From: Felis catus
Taxonomy: Eukaryota
Direction of reading: 5' to 3'
Assembly (NCBI RefSeq): GCF_018350175.1
Contig: NC_058383.1
Coordinates: 20,090,001 to 20,154,000 of the forward strand
DNA length: 64,000 nt
Within the stretch, counting starts at the first letter, position 1. The number at the start of each line of letters is the position of its first letter. Of the stretch, positions 1 to 12,750 are shown piece by piece. Under the pieces are notes generated by a model. That model saw only the letters and a program-made list of their open reading frames with translations, was not told the origin of the DNA and searched no databases. A program made the position numbers and the translations under genes.

Positions 1-192
1 ACAGGTAACCAGACAAAATTCAAGATGCCCAGTTAAGTCTGGATTTCAGAAAATCAGCGAATTTTTTTAGGTGTCTAACTATGCCCCACATACTGCGTAT
101 AACATACGCATGCTACAAATTACCCACTGTTTATCTGAAATTCAGATATGACTTTGCATCTTGAATTTTTATTTGCTAAATCTGGCAACCTG
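1..192 (-). mobile_element. MER53-like palindromic hAT MITE
   Basis: Ends CAGGTAACCAGA...TTTGCTAAATCTGGCAACCTG; internal arms (GATGCCCAGTTAAGTCTGGATTTCAGA / TTATCTGAAATTCAGATATGACTTTGCATC) are imperfectly inverted and match recalled MER53 consensus. Confidence 0.8.
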
Positions 193-245
193 AAAAAAGA
201 CCCAGATTGAACTTCTGGAGATAAAATCCACAGGGAATGTGACTG

Positions 246-247
<2 letters not shown>

Positions 248-287
<40 letters not shown>

Positions 288-985
288 CATAATATATATA
301 TATATATATATATTTATATTATGTATATAATATATATTACATATATATATATATATATAATATAATATATAATAATATATAATATTAATATATTAATTAT
401 ATATTAATTAAAATTAAATTTATTTAAATTAAAATATATATTATATTAATATATTATATATTATATAATAATAATATAATAATAATATAATAATATATAA
501 CATTATTAATTATATATATATATATTATATATATTATATATAGTACATATAGTATATATACTATATATACTATATATAATATAATTATATATTATATAAT
601 TATATAATAATAATATAATAATAATATAATAATAATATAATATATATAATATATAATATATATAATATATATATAATATATATAATATATATATTAATTA
701 TATATTATATATAATATAATAATATATAATATATAATTATATTATTATATATAATATATATATTATATATTATATAATATAATATAATTATATATAATAT
801 ATATATAATATATAATATATAATATATAATATATAATAATAATATTATATATAATAATATAATTATATAATATAATTATATATAATATAATAATATATAA
901 TATATTATAATATATAATATATAATATATTATATATTATTATATAGAATAATATATGTATAATATATAATAATATATATAATATA

Positions 986-1031
<46 letters not shown>
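248..1031. repeat. ~780 bp (TA)n/(TAA)n AT-only low-complexity tract
   Basis: Almost exclusively A/T, with pure (TA)n at both ends. Confidence 0.97.
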
Positions 1032-1035
<4 letters not shown>

Positions 1036-1355
1036 GTGTAGATGTATATACCCCCTGGCTGGAATTAAGAGCAGATTAGATTTTGTAGAATAAAAGCTAA
1101 ATGAACTTGAAGACCTAGCAGTGAAAACTATCCAAAATCAAAGAGAGAAAAGGGGCTAGAAAAAAAAAATAGATGGGGCACAGCAACCTAATACACATTT
1201 AGTTGGAGTGGGTGCCCAAAGGGCAGAAGAAGGGGGATGGAGAAATAGGTACAAAAATAATGAGCAGAAAATGTCCATATCTGATGAAAATTATGAAGCC
1301 CCAGACAGAATGTGAGAAGGTACGACCACCAGTATCAAGAATGAAGAAGGTGCAA

Positions 1356-1559
1356 AGGCACCTGGGGGCTCAAAGCTCCCGACTTCAGCTCAGGTCATGA
1401 TCTCAACCCTTGTGAGTTCGAGCCCCACGTCCAGCTCTGTGCTGAGAGTGCAGAACCTGGAACCTGTTTCAGATTGTTTCCCCCTCTCTCTGCCCCTCCC
1501 CCATTGACACTCTGTGTCTCAAAAATAAACATTAAAAATTTTTTAAAAAATAATAAAAA
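1356..1559 (+). mobile_element. CanSINE (SINEC), feline type, small 5' deletion
   Basis: tRNA-like head with B box GAGTTCGAGCCC, CT-rich segment, A tail; 16-bp TSD AAGAATGAAGAAGGTG at 1337-1352 and 1560-1575. Confidence 0.93.
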
Positions 1560-3784
1560 AAGAATGAAGAAGGTGGACGTACAGAATCGCTATAGAGTTT
1601 ACAGTTACTGAGAGGACAGTAAAGACACAGCTAAACAAATGTTGACAGATTTGACAGCTCGGGTGCAATGGAAAATTCTTCGAAAGACACAAACTAGCAA
1701 ATCTCTCACTTTAGAAAAAAAAAACATCATGGGAATAATCTTAAATCTCTCAAAGAAATTGAATTTGGAATACAAACAAAGAAACTTTCAGGCCCAGATG
1801 GTTTAGTTGGTGAATTGTATAAAACATCTAATGAAGAAATGATATCAATTCTATTCAGGATCTTCTAGAAAACAGAGGAGGAAGAAATACATTCCAACTT
1901 GTTCTGTAAGGTCAAAATGACCCTGATGCAAAAACCAGGCAAAGGCGTCACATGGAAAAAAAAGTGCAGAACAATGCCTCTCGTGAGCTCTCATGCAAAA
2001 CTCTTAATAAAGAGAAAGAAAACGGAATTTAAACATGTATAAAAGACTAATACATTTTGACCTAATGGGGTTTATCCCAGAAATGCAAGACAGGCTTAAC
2101 ATTCAAAATTCTCCCAATTGAATTTAGTATATTAATAGTCTATACAAAGAAATCATACATTCATCTAAATAGATGTAGTGAAAGCTTTGATAAATCCCAA
2201 CAGCCATTCCTTAAAAAAAATAATCTCTCAGGAATGGTAGGAAACTCTCATTTTGATAAAAAGTGTTAATGCAAAACCTATCGCTAACATCATACTTACT
2301 AGTGGAAACGTCGAGTGTTTTTCCCCTAAGATAAGGAAATGTGTAAGGATATACACTCCTACCTTTTCTAGTCAACGTTGTGTTGGGAGTTCTATTTGGT
2401 ACAATAGGCAAGAAAAGGAAATAAAAGGCATTGATGGTGAACAGAAAGATGTAAAACCATCTTGCAGGTGACATGCAAATATATGATGAAAATCCTATAG
2501 AAACGACTGGAAGGCTGTGAGAATTAATACACGGCAGGGTACAAGATAAATGCACAAAACCCAGCTGTGTTCCTGTATATGCACAATGAAACAGTTGGAA
2601 ATAGAAATTTAAAAAAATACCATATATGATAGTGTATAAATATGAAGTGCTTTGGGATAAATCTGACAAAATATTTGAAAGACCTGTACACTTAAAGGTA
2701 CAAAACGTAACTGAAAGAAAGTGAAGATCTAAAAACACGAAGAGCTTACCCTGTTTGAGGATCCCAAGACTCAATATTTCCAAAATGTCAATTGCCCCCC
2801 AAATTGATTTATATATAGATTAGTCAAATCCCAGCAAGCTGAGGTTTTGTTTTGTTTTGTTTTGAGAGAGAGAAAAATACTCAAGTTGATTCTAAAATTT
2901 ATATGGAAATACAAATGACCCATAGTAGCCAAAATGACTTTGAAAAAGAAGAACAAAGTTAGCGAACTTACACTATTTGATTCTAAGACTTATCATAAAG
3001 TTACAGTAATCATGATACTGTGACACTGACATGAAGATTGACAAATAGACCAATGAAAGAGAATAGAGACTCCAGAAACACCCGACCACGTACGTAGTTA
3101 GTTGAATATGGAACAGCAGTTTCAGGGGAAGGATATGTATCTACTCAACAAATGGCGGTGGAACAGTTGGATATTCATAGTAAAAAGTGAATTTCCATAC
3201 ATAACGTATGCCTTGCACAGACGTTAACTCAAAGTGGGTCGCACTCTTAAACGGAAAACCTGAAACTATAAAACCTCCTAAGGAAAATGTCTGAGGAAAT
3301 TGGTGATCTTGGGTTAGGCAATATTTCTTAGACATGATACCAAAAGCACTGTCCCTAAAAGTAAGTAATCCATGAGGGGACTCCATAAATTTGAGCGTCT
3401 GCCTTTTGAAAGACATTGTTAAGATGGTGAGAAGACAAGCCACATGTCAGAAGGAAGTAGTTGCAAATCACGCGATGAAAAGGGACTCGATGTGGAATAC
3501 ACACACAGACACAATTCAGAGAAGAAAAGAGATGAGCCAGTAATCATGGCTCGTTACATTCCTATGTATGTCCTAACAAGTACACGCCCATATACAGGCT
3601 TTTCTGCAAGCATTCATTACATATTCGTTATAGCCATAGCTGGAAATAAACCACACGTCCACCGTCAGGGGAAAGGATAAACAAATTGTGGTATACCCAT
3701 ATAACGGAATACTATTTGACAATAAAAAGGAAATGAGCTATTGCCACATGCAACCATGCAGATTAATTTAAAAATAATTGCATA

Positions 3785-4005
3785 GCGGTGCCTGGGTGAC
3801 TGAGTCGGTTAAGCACCTGCCTCTTGATTTCGGCTCAGGCCGTGATCTCCCGGTTCATGAGATTGAGCCCCGAGTTGGGCTCTGTGCTGACAGCGCGGAG
3901 CCTGCTTGGGATTCTCCCTCCCTCTCTCTCTCTGCCCCTCCCTCACTCATGTGGGTGCCTGTGTGTGTGCTCTCTCTCTCAAAGTAAATAAGCATTTTTT
4001 TAAAA
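3785..4005 (+). mobile_element. CanSINE (SINEC)
   Basis: GGTGCCTGGGTGACTGAGTCGGTTAAG head, CT run, A-rich tail; flanking AATAATTGCAT repeat. Confidence 0.92.
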
Positions 4006-4339
4006 ATAACAATAATTGCATTAAGTGAAGGCAGGCAGGCAGAAAAGAGTTCATACTTCGTGATCCTATTTCCATAAAGTTATGGAAAGTGCAAATTAGT
4101 CTATTTTGCCAGCAAGCAAACCAGTGGTGCTTTGGGAATGGGTGTCAGAGGGGTTACGAAGGGGATGAGGGGACTTTTGGAAGCGTAGGGTCTATTCATT
4201 ATCTTGTCTTTGTTTCACAGGTGTGCCTATGTCAGACTTATCAACCTCTATACCCTAAATATGTGAAATTCGTTATGTGCCAATTATATCCCAATACAAA
4301 TACTAAAGAATACCAGAAAACATGATACTCAGAGAACCT

Positions 4340-5100
4340 GACCCAGGAATGTCTTGATAGGACTTTTATGAAGATGTATATGTGCTGGGATGTTCACTCT
4401 GGCGTTGTTTGCAATGTCAACGTCTTGGCAAACTAGCCAAATGTCACAACATAAAGATCTCTTAGTAAGAAAGTTGTTAAAATAATAAACAGTATATCCA
4501 GACAATGGACTGTGGTCCAGCCATTTAAACATTCTTCATGTGCTGAAGTAAGGTGATGTCCAAAACCCACAGTCACACAGGGACAGCGGGGTGACTCAGT
4601 TGGTTAAGTATCCATTTCTCGATTTCGGCTCAGGTCACGATCTCACAGTGTCATGGGTTTGAGCCCTGTGTCGGGCTCCACATAGACAGTGCAGAGCCTG
4701 CTTGGGATTCTCTCTCTCCCTCTGCCCCTCCCCTGCTTGTGCTCTCTTTCTCTTCCTCAAAATAAATAAATAAATTTAAAAAAATGTTTTTAATTTTATA
4801 TATACGATCCAACATATATATTAGACACCAAGAAGATTGGTGATCTCTGTTATATATTTAGATCTGGATAGATAGATGGATGGAAAGATAGATAGATAGA
4901 TAGATAGATAACATTTCTAAAAGAATATCCAAGAACTTAGTTACTGTGGTTGCTTCTGGGGAAGAGAAGCCAGACCACTGGTCTTAGGGAGAGAAAGGAA
5001 ACTCAGTTTTTTACCGCACATAGACTTGTAATTCTGATCGTTTTAGTTTGTGCGAGTATTGCCAATTTTTTAAGGTACCAAAAATATCAAAATCATAAAA
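4340..5100 (+). mobile_element. Old L1 3'-end fragment (L1ME-like) carrying a SINE and (GATA)n
   Basis: GGATGTTCACTCTGGCGTTGTTTGCAATG, CAGTATATCCAGACAATGGA and GTGGTTGCTTCTGGGGAAGAG resemble L1ME 3' UTR. Confidence 0.6.
4581..4783 (+). mobile_element. CanSINE (SINEC)
   Basis: GTGACTCAGTTGGTTAAG...CTCAGGTCACGATCTC...CT run, (AAAT)n tail. Confidence 0.9.
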
Positions 5101-5184
5101 GTTAAAAAATGACTGAAGATTAGAATCTCCCTGGACATATGCACGTTGGCAGCATATTTCAGTGTTTGGCATAGGTGTGCCAGT

Positions 5185-5608
5185 CTACAGTTAGGGTAGA
5201 CTAGGATGCGTTGCCGTAACGGACAGCCCCAAACATGTCACGAATCGACACCTCAGACGTGTAGTTTTCATTTATGTGACAGTCCTGCTTAAGCGTCCAG
5301 ATCACGCGGGCAGCTTCTCTGCCCAGAACCATCCAGAGACGCGGACTGTTTCCATCTTCTGGCCCCCCCTGCCCTTAGGGTCTTATAACACGCCTAAGCA
5401 TCCGGCAGAAGGGAAAAAAGGGAATGGAGAGGCAAGCCTGGGAGGCTTTATGGACCACACTTGGAAGCGGCTCCCATCGTGTCTGCTCTCATTGGACGGA
5501 CTCTTATATGACCACACCCACTGCAAGGGAGTCTGGGAATTGTAGTATTCCTGGTGCGTGGGAGGGAGGAACAATGGATTTGGTGGAGAGCCGGTCGTCT
5601 CTAACAGC
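5185..5608 (-). mobile_element. MLT1 (MaLR) solo LTR, MLT1K-like
   Basis: GTTAGGGTAGACTAGG...GCCGTAAC start and TGACCACACCCACTGCAAGGGAGTCTGGGAATTGTAGT motif typical of MLT1K. Confidence 0.7.
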
Positions 5609-6022
5609 CATGGTGTATCTCACCAGCCTTCAAAAACAGACACGGAATCAAAGGTTTGCAGCCTTCCCGCAGGAATGCAGCCCGGTGCATGGTTTCAGGT
5701 CCCCTCTGCACTCCTCGGGCTCTGTCCCAGCATCTGCCATCTGAGCCCAGACTTCTGAACTGTCAGTGGGGAGGCTTTAAATAGAAGCAGCCTCCGGAGG
5801 CTGACAGAGCATAATGAGGCTGGAAGGCAGAAGACCTGGGTCCTTGTCTGCATTGTAATTATCTGAGTCTTGTTTCTTTGTAAAATGGGGTAATGCCATT
5901 TTTATTCCCGGAAGGGTTTGAGCTCTGCCTTGGTAGTTCAGTCTTTAGCGGTAGGTGAGGACGGGGAGAAATCTAGGGAAGGGGGAGGAAGCTAATGGAA
6001 AGAAGGAATGAAGGAAGGAATC

Positions 6023-6260
6023 TTAATTAAAAATTTTTTTTAATGTTTTATTATTTATTTTCGAGAGAGAGAGAGAAACAGAGAGACAGAGAGCACGAGC
6101 TGGGGAGGGGCAGAGAGAGAGGGAGACACAGAATCCCCAGCAGGCTCCAGACTCCGAGCTGTCAGCACAGAGCCCGACGCGGGGGTTCGAACCCATGAAC
6201 TGTGAGATCATGACCCAAGCTGAAGTCGGTGGCTTAACCGACTGAGCCACCCAGGCACCT
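6023..6260 (-). mobile_element. CanSINE (SINEC)
   Basis: Reverse-complement SINE ending GACTGAGCCACCCAGGCACC; T-rich tail and GA run. Confidence 0.95.
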
Positions 6261-6284
6261 CCTAGGGAATCTGAATTATTATGA

Positions 6285-6515
6285 GAGCTTCTCTGTGCTA
6301 GATCCAGCTAGTTACTCGTTAGGCATTAACTGTTTTAATTCTCAAGACAATGCTGTGGAATGTCACTATCACAAGCCCCATTTTGTAGGTGAGGAAACTG
6401 AGTCTCGAGTGGTAAAGTCATTTGGCAGGGTCACTTCACTCTCAGGGTCACACGACTAGCATGACAGAGCTGGGATTGGAACCCAGATATTTATGACTCC
6501 AAACCCTGAAACTCC
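6285..6515 (-). mobile_element. MIR SINE
   Basis: Core CCCCATTTTGTAGGTGAGGAAACTGAG...AGAGCTGGGATTGGAACCCAGAT. Confidence 0.8.
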
Positions 6516-6859
6516 GTGCTCCGTGAAACGCCCGGTGCGATGCCGCCCTCGGGCTTTTGCGTAAATCCACTTTCTTTGCCAGAGCTTTGGATCAGAATCC
6601 CCTCTCTGCTCATAAACACGCTGGCCTGGAGAGGTGGAGGGCACTCCTTCTGTTGATTTAATATTTTGGAGGAAATAGGTTTATGACCTAAATATATCTC
6701 TCCCTGTTAAATGTTACAGCTTCTCTGAGCTTCACATTTGGCTTAACGTTGCTTTACGGTTGGTTTGGAGTCTGTGCGGTGGGTTTGGCCGGGGTCCTCC
6801 CGAGGCATTGCTGCCCACTTCTGAATTCCCCTGCCACAATTTACCCTAAGTCTTATTGT

Positions 6860-7460
6860 GTTCATATCTGGATTAATTAGAGGTTGCATTTTAAAGCATG
6901 TAATAGAAAGCTTAATTACACTGACCAAACAAAAGAGAGGTTTCCTTTTCTCAAGTAGCCAGAAATCTGGAGGGAGTCATCCTGTGGCTTATTCAGCAGT
7001 TCTGTGATACCAACCGTATCTCAGGCTCTCTCTGCCTTGTCTTTCTACCATTCCCAGCCTATGGAATTTGGCCTTATGCCTATTACCTCATGGCCCCGAT
7101 GTGGCTGCCACGCCTCCTGAAATAGCACCCAGATTCCAGGCAGGACAAAGGGTCAAGCGTGAAGGGAAAATGCGAAAAGAGCAGGGGAGGGGCAGAGAGA
7201 GAGGGAGAGAGAATCCCAAGCGGACTCCCCATTGGCAGCACGGTGCCCGATGCGGGGCTCGAACTCACGGACCGTGAGCTCGTGACCGGAGCCAAGACCA
7301 AGAGTCAGACGCTGAACTGACCGAGCCACCCAGGGGCCCCCTGTTTCCTTTCAAACCCAGAAACTTCACTGGCGCATGTGTATTAGCCAAGACCAAATTG
7401 CGTGAGAGCCCTCGTCTGCAAGGAAGTTTGGGAAGTGAGCGTTTTTCAACACGCACCTTG
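6860..7460 (-). mobile_element. MLT1 solo LTR (MLT1L/N-like) interrupted by a SINE
   Basis: CCTCATGGCCCCGATGTGGCTGCC...TTCCAGGCAGGA and TGCAAGGAAGTTTGGGAAGTGAG motifs. Confidence 0.6.
7178..7341 (-). mobile_element. CanSINE (SINEC), tail-less fragment
   Basis: GGGGCTCGAACTCACGG...GAGCCACCCAGGGGCCCC. Confidence 0.88.
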
Positions 7461-7549
7461 CCGGCCAGGACTTATTTGGGATTTTATTAGTAATCGAGAG
7501 AGTGGGTCCTGGAGCAGGAAGCTGCTAATATCTGCCACGATCTTCTAAA

Positions 7550-7760
7550 TACCTTCCAGATGTGTCCACTTCCGTTTATCTGCACTGGCACTTCAGGCCA
7601 TTGCTGTTTCTCTCTCGGACTCTGAAACAGCTTCTTATTTGGTATTTCCACATTCCCTCTTGGTTCCCCCACCCCTACCCCACACACATAATCTATTTTC
7701 TACACTGTGGCCAGAGAGATCTTTATAGGCCATAAATCTGACCATGTCACTCCCCTGCAG
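7550..7760 (+). mobile_element. L2 LINE fragment
   Basis: CTACACTGTGGCCAGAGAGATCTTT...AAATCTGACCATGTCACTCCCCTGC matches L2 3' region. Confidence 0.7.
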
Positions 7761-8186
7761 GATAATGTATCGAGTTAGTACTATGTGCTTTATGTTTTTG
7801 CTGCTGTTAAAGAAAAAATGAGGATTACCTGCCTCCCTTCTCCTCAAAATTGAGGTGCAAGGACACTTTTAATTGAGTCTGAGCAACCTGGGGCTTCTTC
7901 TGCCCAAGGGTAGAGCGGGGAGCCGCAGGGATGCCTGGGGTGTGGAGACAGAAGCGACCTCAGTCGGGAGAGCGTTTCCCAAAGATGTGGGCTGGGGACA
8001 GGGTTTGGGGGTCGGCTGCATCAGAACCTTGAACGCTGACTCCTAGCAGTTCCCTTGGGAAGTGGCCGACTGAGATGCAGAATGGCCACGTGGTTGATCA
8101 AGGGGCACTGGGCTGAGACGCTGAGGTATATGGACGGACAGCTTCGAGGGGCCACGAGGAGTTGCCAAAGGAACCCACATTTAGGT

Positions 8187-8348
8187 AAGGCCAGCCTGGC
8201 GGGCCTGCGACCTGTGTGTTTACGCAGAGCCCTCACCGAGACCCTGGCGCTTGGTCGAATGCATTTCTGTCGCCATCTTAAAATTCTCGATAACCTTTGA
8301 ACGGCAGACCCCACGTTTTCATTTGGCACAAATTCGGTCGCTGGTCCG
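8187..8348 (+). mobile_element. MER91A-like hAT DNA transposon fossil
   Basis: GCGACCTGTG...GCGCTTGG...CTGTCGCCATCTTAAAATTCT...CCCCACGTTTTCATTT matches recalled MER91A. Confidence 0.7.
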
Positions 8349-9478
8349 ATCCTTCGGGGAGCTGGGCGAGGAGCCCCGTTGATCACTGAGGCCGAGCTTC
8401 CTTCCAGGCGAGCGGTCAGAGTCCCGCTGAATTGGATGATTGGGCCAAAGGGAAATGAGACGGTATTTCTTGTGCCTGAGTACGGTGGGGGTGCGCAACT
8501 CATTCCTGTTCTACGTTCAGAGGTCCCTCCCGATGCTCAGGAGACACGCTACTTCCCCAGCGACCACGCAAAGCAGAGTCAACAGAAATGCAAAGGTCTA
8601 CAAAGCTGATGTTTTGTTACTGCGAGAAGAAACTGTGTGATTCTCTCAGGGGAAGAAGGGTAGAGAGATGAGAGGCAGGGAAATACGTCCCGGGGCAAAC
8701 GCGCACCCCTTTTCCCTTCCAGAAGCCCAGGAGGCTGCATTCAGAGGCAAAGGTGCCTTATACCTCATTCTCTTGGATCAGGTCGCATACGCACATTTCT
8801 GAAGCAGTCACTGTGGCCAGGGGAACAGGTGCACTGACGGGCTTCTTAAAGCCAGCCCTACCAAGGGCCTTCTGGGTAAAGGAACTTGTCATCTTTCTGC
8901 TCACACTGGTTTCTGCTGGGTTTTCTATTTGCAACCAATGGGCTTGCTTCGCCTGGAATCCAGGTTTTAAGGAGTCCGACTTCTTTCCACTGAACTCAGT
9001 CTCTCCCCCACGGTTCACCAGTTCTGAATAAGAATGACCCCGTAAAGAGGTCAAGGCCAGAACGAGCCTGTATCCCTCTGGCCCCTACCCGAGGATCCTG
9101 GATGAACAGGATCCTAGATTCCCCTCCCCTCCCCTCTGAATAGCCTGTTCCCGTCAACATGATTCCCCCCTCGTGTTACCATTTAATAGGAAATATTTTA
9201 AAAGATTTAAAACACTTAAGTAGGTTAATTATTTTCAAAAAAGGACAGCAAAGTTTTCAAAACTGCTTCTGTCAGTGAATTTAAAATGCGATAAATAATT
9301 TAGGGCCCAATTTTCTCTCCACAATGAAGAATTAAGAAGCTTCAGTCTTTCAAAATATTCTCTTTTTCAAAAGCTACAAATTCTTCCTCTCCTCTCTCTG
9401 TCCTCCGAACTTGATAGGACAGGAACCCACAAAGATGTGGGACTGACATTCCCTTTCTAGCAGGAAACATTTCTTTTT

Positions 9479-9514
9479 TGTTTGTTTGGTTTTGCTTTTT
9501 GTTTATTCATTTAT

Positions 9515-9564
<50 letters not shown>

Positions 9565-9735
9565 TACATGAGTGGAGGAGAGGGGCAGAGAGAAAGGGAG
9601 AGAAAGAATCTCAAGCAGGCTCCATGCTGTCAGTGCAAAGCCCTACGTGAGACTCGAACTCACGAACCGTGAGATCACGACCTGAGCTGAAATCAAGAGT
9701 CAGATGCTTAACCGACTGAGCCACCCAGGTGCCCC
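9479..9735 (-). mobile_element. CanSINE (SINEC) with expanded (GA)n
   Basis: 18-bp TSD CAGGAAACATTTCTTTTT at 9461-9478 and 9736-9753. Confidence 0.95.
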
Positions 9736-10924
9736 CAGGAAACATTTCTTTTTAATTGGGGGTGTTTTCAGGGATATTCAGATTTTCCCTTTGTGACTGA
9801 AAGAGATGAGATATTTATGGCCATTTTGCAGAGGCAAAAACTGAGACCCAGTAAGGTTAAGCAACTGAACCGGGCAGGTACAATAGTCTAAATAAATGCA
9901 TGTCTACAGACAAGCGGGTTTCTCTTCTCTGGAGGAGAAGGACCTAGCTTCATTCTGAAGGGTCAGCTCAGTCAGGGGAGAGCAGGACACATAGCTCATT
10001 GGGGGGCACACAATGGTGGGGAGGACGGAGTTTCAAAGCAGGTGCAAGCAGGGCTGGGCTGGGGAGGCAGCCAGCGCTCGCTGCGGTGAGGACTCCTAGC
10101 ATTGAAGGCACACATGGAGGAAGACACAAACGGGAGCCCAGAAAAGTCTAGAGTCGAGGAGGAGCCATAGAGTATAGTTGTAGTGGGACGGGTCCAGGAG
10201 GAAGAGGAGAGGGCGTGCCCCAACCCCGACTTTGCTGTCTTCCTAACTGGAAGGCAGGGGGGAAAGGGAGCAGGAAGAGGCAGTCCCAGGGGACAGCCTC
10301 CTGGGCCACAGGGCAGAGCAAAGAAGAGTAGAGTGTGGACCACAATGGGTGGGTGGGGCGGGGGGGCAGATGACCCACACTGTGGTCACGATCCTTTCAG
10401 CCTTAAAAAAAAAAATCACTCTCTTTCAGACTCAGCTGAACTTTATTGTTTCCCACTGGTACGCCCCCCCCACCCTTCCCGGGGTAAGACATACCCATTT
10501 TCCAGATGAGGAAACTGAGGACGTTGAAGAGACCTTCCCCGAGTTATAGAGACTAAAGGGCAGAGGAGGGAGGTAAAACAGGTCTCAGGATGACTAACAA
10601 TCATCGGTACCTCTTTGCGAGGCGGGGGGAAAGAAAAGAAGGGAAGGAGAGAGAGCCAGAGGGAGATCATGTTTGCAGCCTATGCTCCTTGCGGGAGATG
10701 GCACTTCTTAGGCTCCCTGTCACGTGGTGACATGCTCCTTGTGCCCTGGGGAGCGCTCAGGTGCCTTGGGGGACCCCTCCCCTTTTTACTTAGCTAACTC
10801 TTCCTGTGTCTGAGGTACACACACTGGGATGAGGTGTCAGACCTCTGATAGTTTTCGTTGCAAAGATCTGTGATCTAAAGTTCTTGGGCACCTAACGCTT
10901 TCCTACTACTTTTGTTGTAAAGTG

Positions 10925-11415
10925 TTTCCAGTTTTATTGCGATGTAATTGACACGTAATATTGTATTAGTCCAAGGTGGGCAACCTAATGGTTTGATTGT
11001 AAAATAATCACCACGTTAAGGTTCCTTAACATCCATCGCTCACATAGGTACAGGGTTTTTTTCTTGCAGTGGAAACTGTTAAGGTCCACTCTCTTAGCAA
11101 TTTTCAAGTACACGATGACGCAGGGTTGTAGCTGGAGTCACCGTGCCGTGCATTGCTTCCCCATAACCTATTTATCTTATAACTGGAAGTTTTTGCCTTT
11201 GAAGCACCTGCATCCATTTCCTCCACCCCCTGCCTCTGGCAAGCACCAATCCGTCCTCTGTATCTAGGAGTTTGGATTTTCTAGATTACAGACATAAATG
11301 AGATCATACAGGATTTGTCTTTCTCTGTCTTGTTTTCCTTGGCATAATGCCCTAAAGTTCCATCCATGTTGTCGCAAATGGCTGGATTTCGTCTTTTTGT
11401 GGGTGAATGATATTT

Positions 11416-11451
<36 letters not shown>

Positions 11452-11672
11452 TCACACTTTCTTTATTCATTCCTCGTTAGACACTTAGGTTGTTTCCATG
11501 GCTTGGCTAACTATAAATACTGCTGCCGTGAATATGGGGGGGGGGTGCAGACAGATGTCTTCTTGAGAGAGTGATTTTATTTCCTTCGGATATACACCCA
11601 GAAGTGAAATTGCTGGGTCATATGGTAGCTCTATTTTCGTAGACCATTTTTCTCTGGTGGTTGCACCAATCT
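10925..11672 (-). mobile_element. L1 3' end (L1MA9/L1_Carn-like) with internal (TG)n
   Basis: CTCTCTTAGCAATTTTCAAGTA, TTATAACTGGAAGT, CCATCCATGTTGTCGCAAATGGC, ATATACACCCAGAAGTGAAATTGCTGGGTCATATGGTAG. Confidence 0.88.
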
Positions 11673-12599
11673 ACTATTGCATATCGAATCTTGGTGGTTC
11701 TAGTGCCTTCTGGCTCTCGCTTATGGTGCGTTGTTTCCTCTTCATACCGTGATTGTTGGGTTGGGAACTTATCTTCAGTAGAGCTTCATCCGTGGGAATC
11801 CTGTGTGGTCTAGTGTGGTGGCATGTCTGCCCAGAGCAATATTATTTTTGCTCCTTTCAGGTTGCCCAGGGGATAGCAACAACTCGGGGCTGGTTTTAAT
11901 GTTCATTGATCAGGGGAGTCCGGGGCAAACTCAGACCTAACGGAAGCTTCCTTGTCACCTCCCTGTGCTGGTGGGTACTATCGTTCTGGTTCATGTCTTC
12001 TCTGGGATGTAGAGACCTCTCCTATTTTAGCATACATCTATGGCCCAGTCCCCTGCCTTCCTGTGTCCCAAACCTTATCTTCAGTTCCTCCACATGCACG
12101 AACACATCCTCTCTGATCATCACACAGACCATACATTCCATGAACAAAGGCAGTATCATCTCAGCACTTGTCTCCCCTCCTCACTTACACTGCTCCCCCC
12201 CCTTCCCAGGGACCCCTTGTACTTTTTTTGTGAGCGAGGCATGCATTTAAAAGGATGTTTATCATATTTATCCCTGATTTCTAGGTGTTTGATTCCAAGA
12301 GGGGGTTTTCAAGTTGTTATCATCTCTTAAATTTTTCTGGAAATGGTTGACCTCTGGTTTTGTTTGAAGAAGGGGTTCCATGCCTAACACAGTGTGTGAG
12401 ACCCAGTGATCTAGTCCAACATCCTTCGTTTTGCAAAGGAGGAGATCTCCGTGTTTCAGCCTAGGAACATATTGAATCACAGGGTGTTGCCTTCGAAAAT
12501 CAATCTCCCATGGTTCGACTGAGTACAAGTCACACAGTGACTCAACGCACGGCATAGCCAGGTTGAAAGAAAAATTTAGGAATCACCCAAGGGAAGGAG

Positions 12600-12750
12600 T
12601 CTCGAATTCTGGTCCAAGGACCAGCTCCAATAGAACTGCTTGAGAAGCATAAAATATCACACGCACTCCCAGAGATTCTGACGTGTAACTTGGAAATATC
12701 ACATCTTCCAGAAGGCTCTGGGGCACGGCCCTGTTTGAGAACCTCTGACT
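12600..12750. mobile_element. MER5-like hAT fragment
   Basis: CCCAGAGATTCTGA ... GTTTGAGAACCTCTG terminus. Confidence 0.55.

Larger units (their letters stand above)
193..4300 (+). mobile_element. Ancient degraded LINE-1 (L1M/L1MD-L1ME type): ORF1 fragments, ORF2 fragments and 3' UTR, interrupted by a TA tract and two SINEs
   Basis: A-rich strand bias; ORF1-like GGAATTAAGAGCAGATTAGA...GAACTTGAAGACCTAGCA; ORF2-like CAGGCCCAGATGGTTTAGTTGGTGAATT, TTGCAGGTGACATG (FADD-region relic ~2462), GACAAATAGACCAATG; old L1 3' UTR at ~4090-4300; many stops and deletions. Confidence 0.85.

Noticed and set aside
2211..2783. 190-aa minus-strand ORF
   Set aside because: Antisense to decayed L1 ORF2; F/L/S-rich compositional artefact
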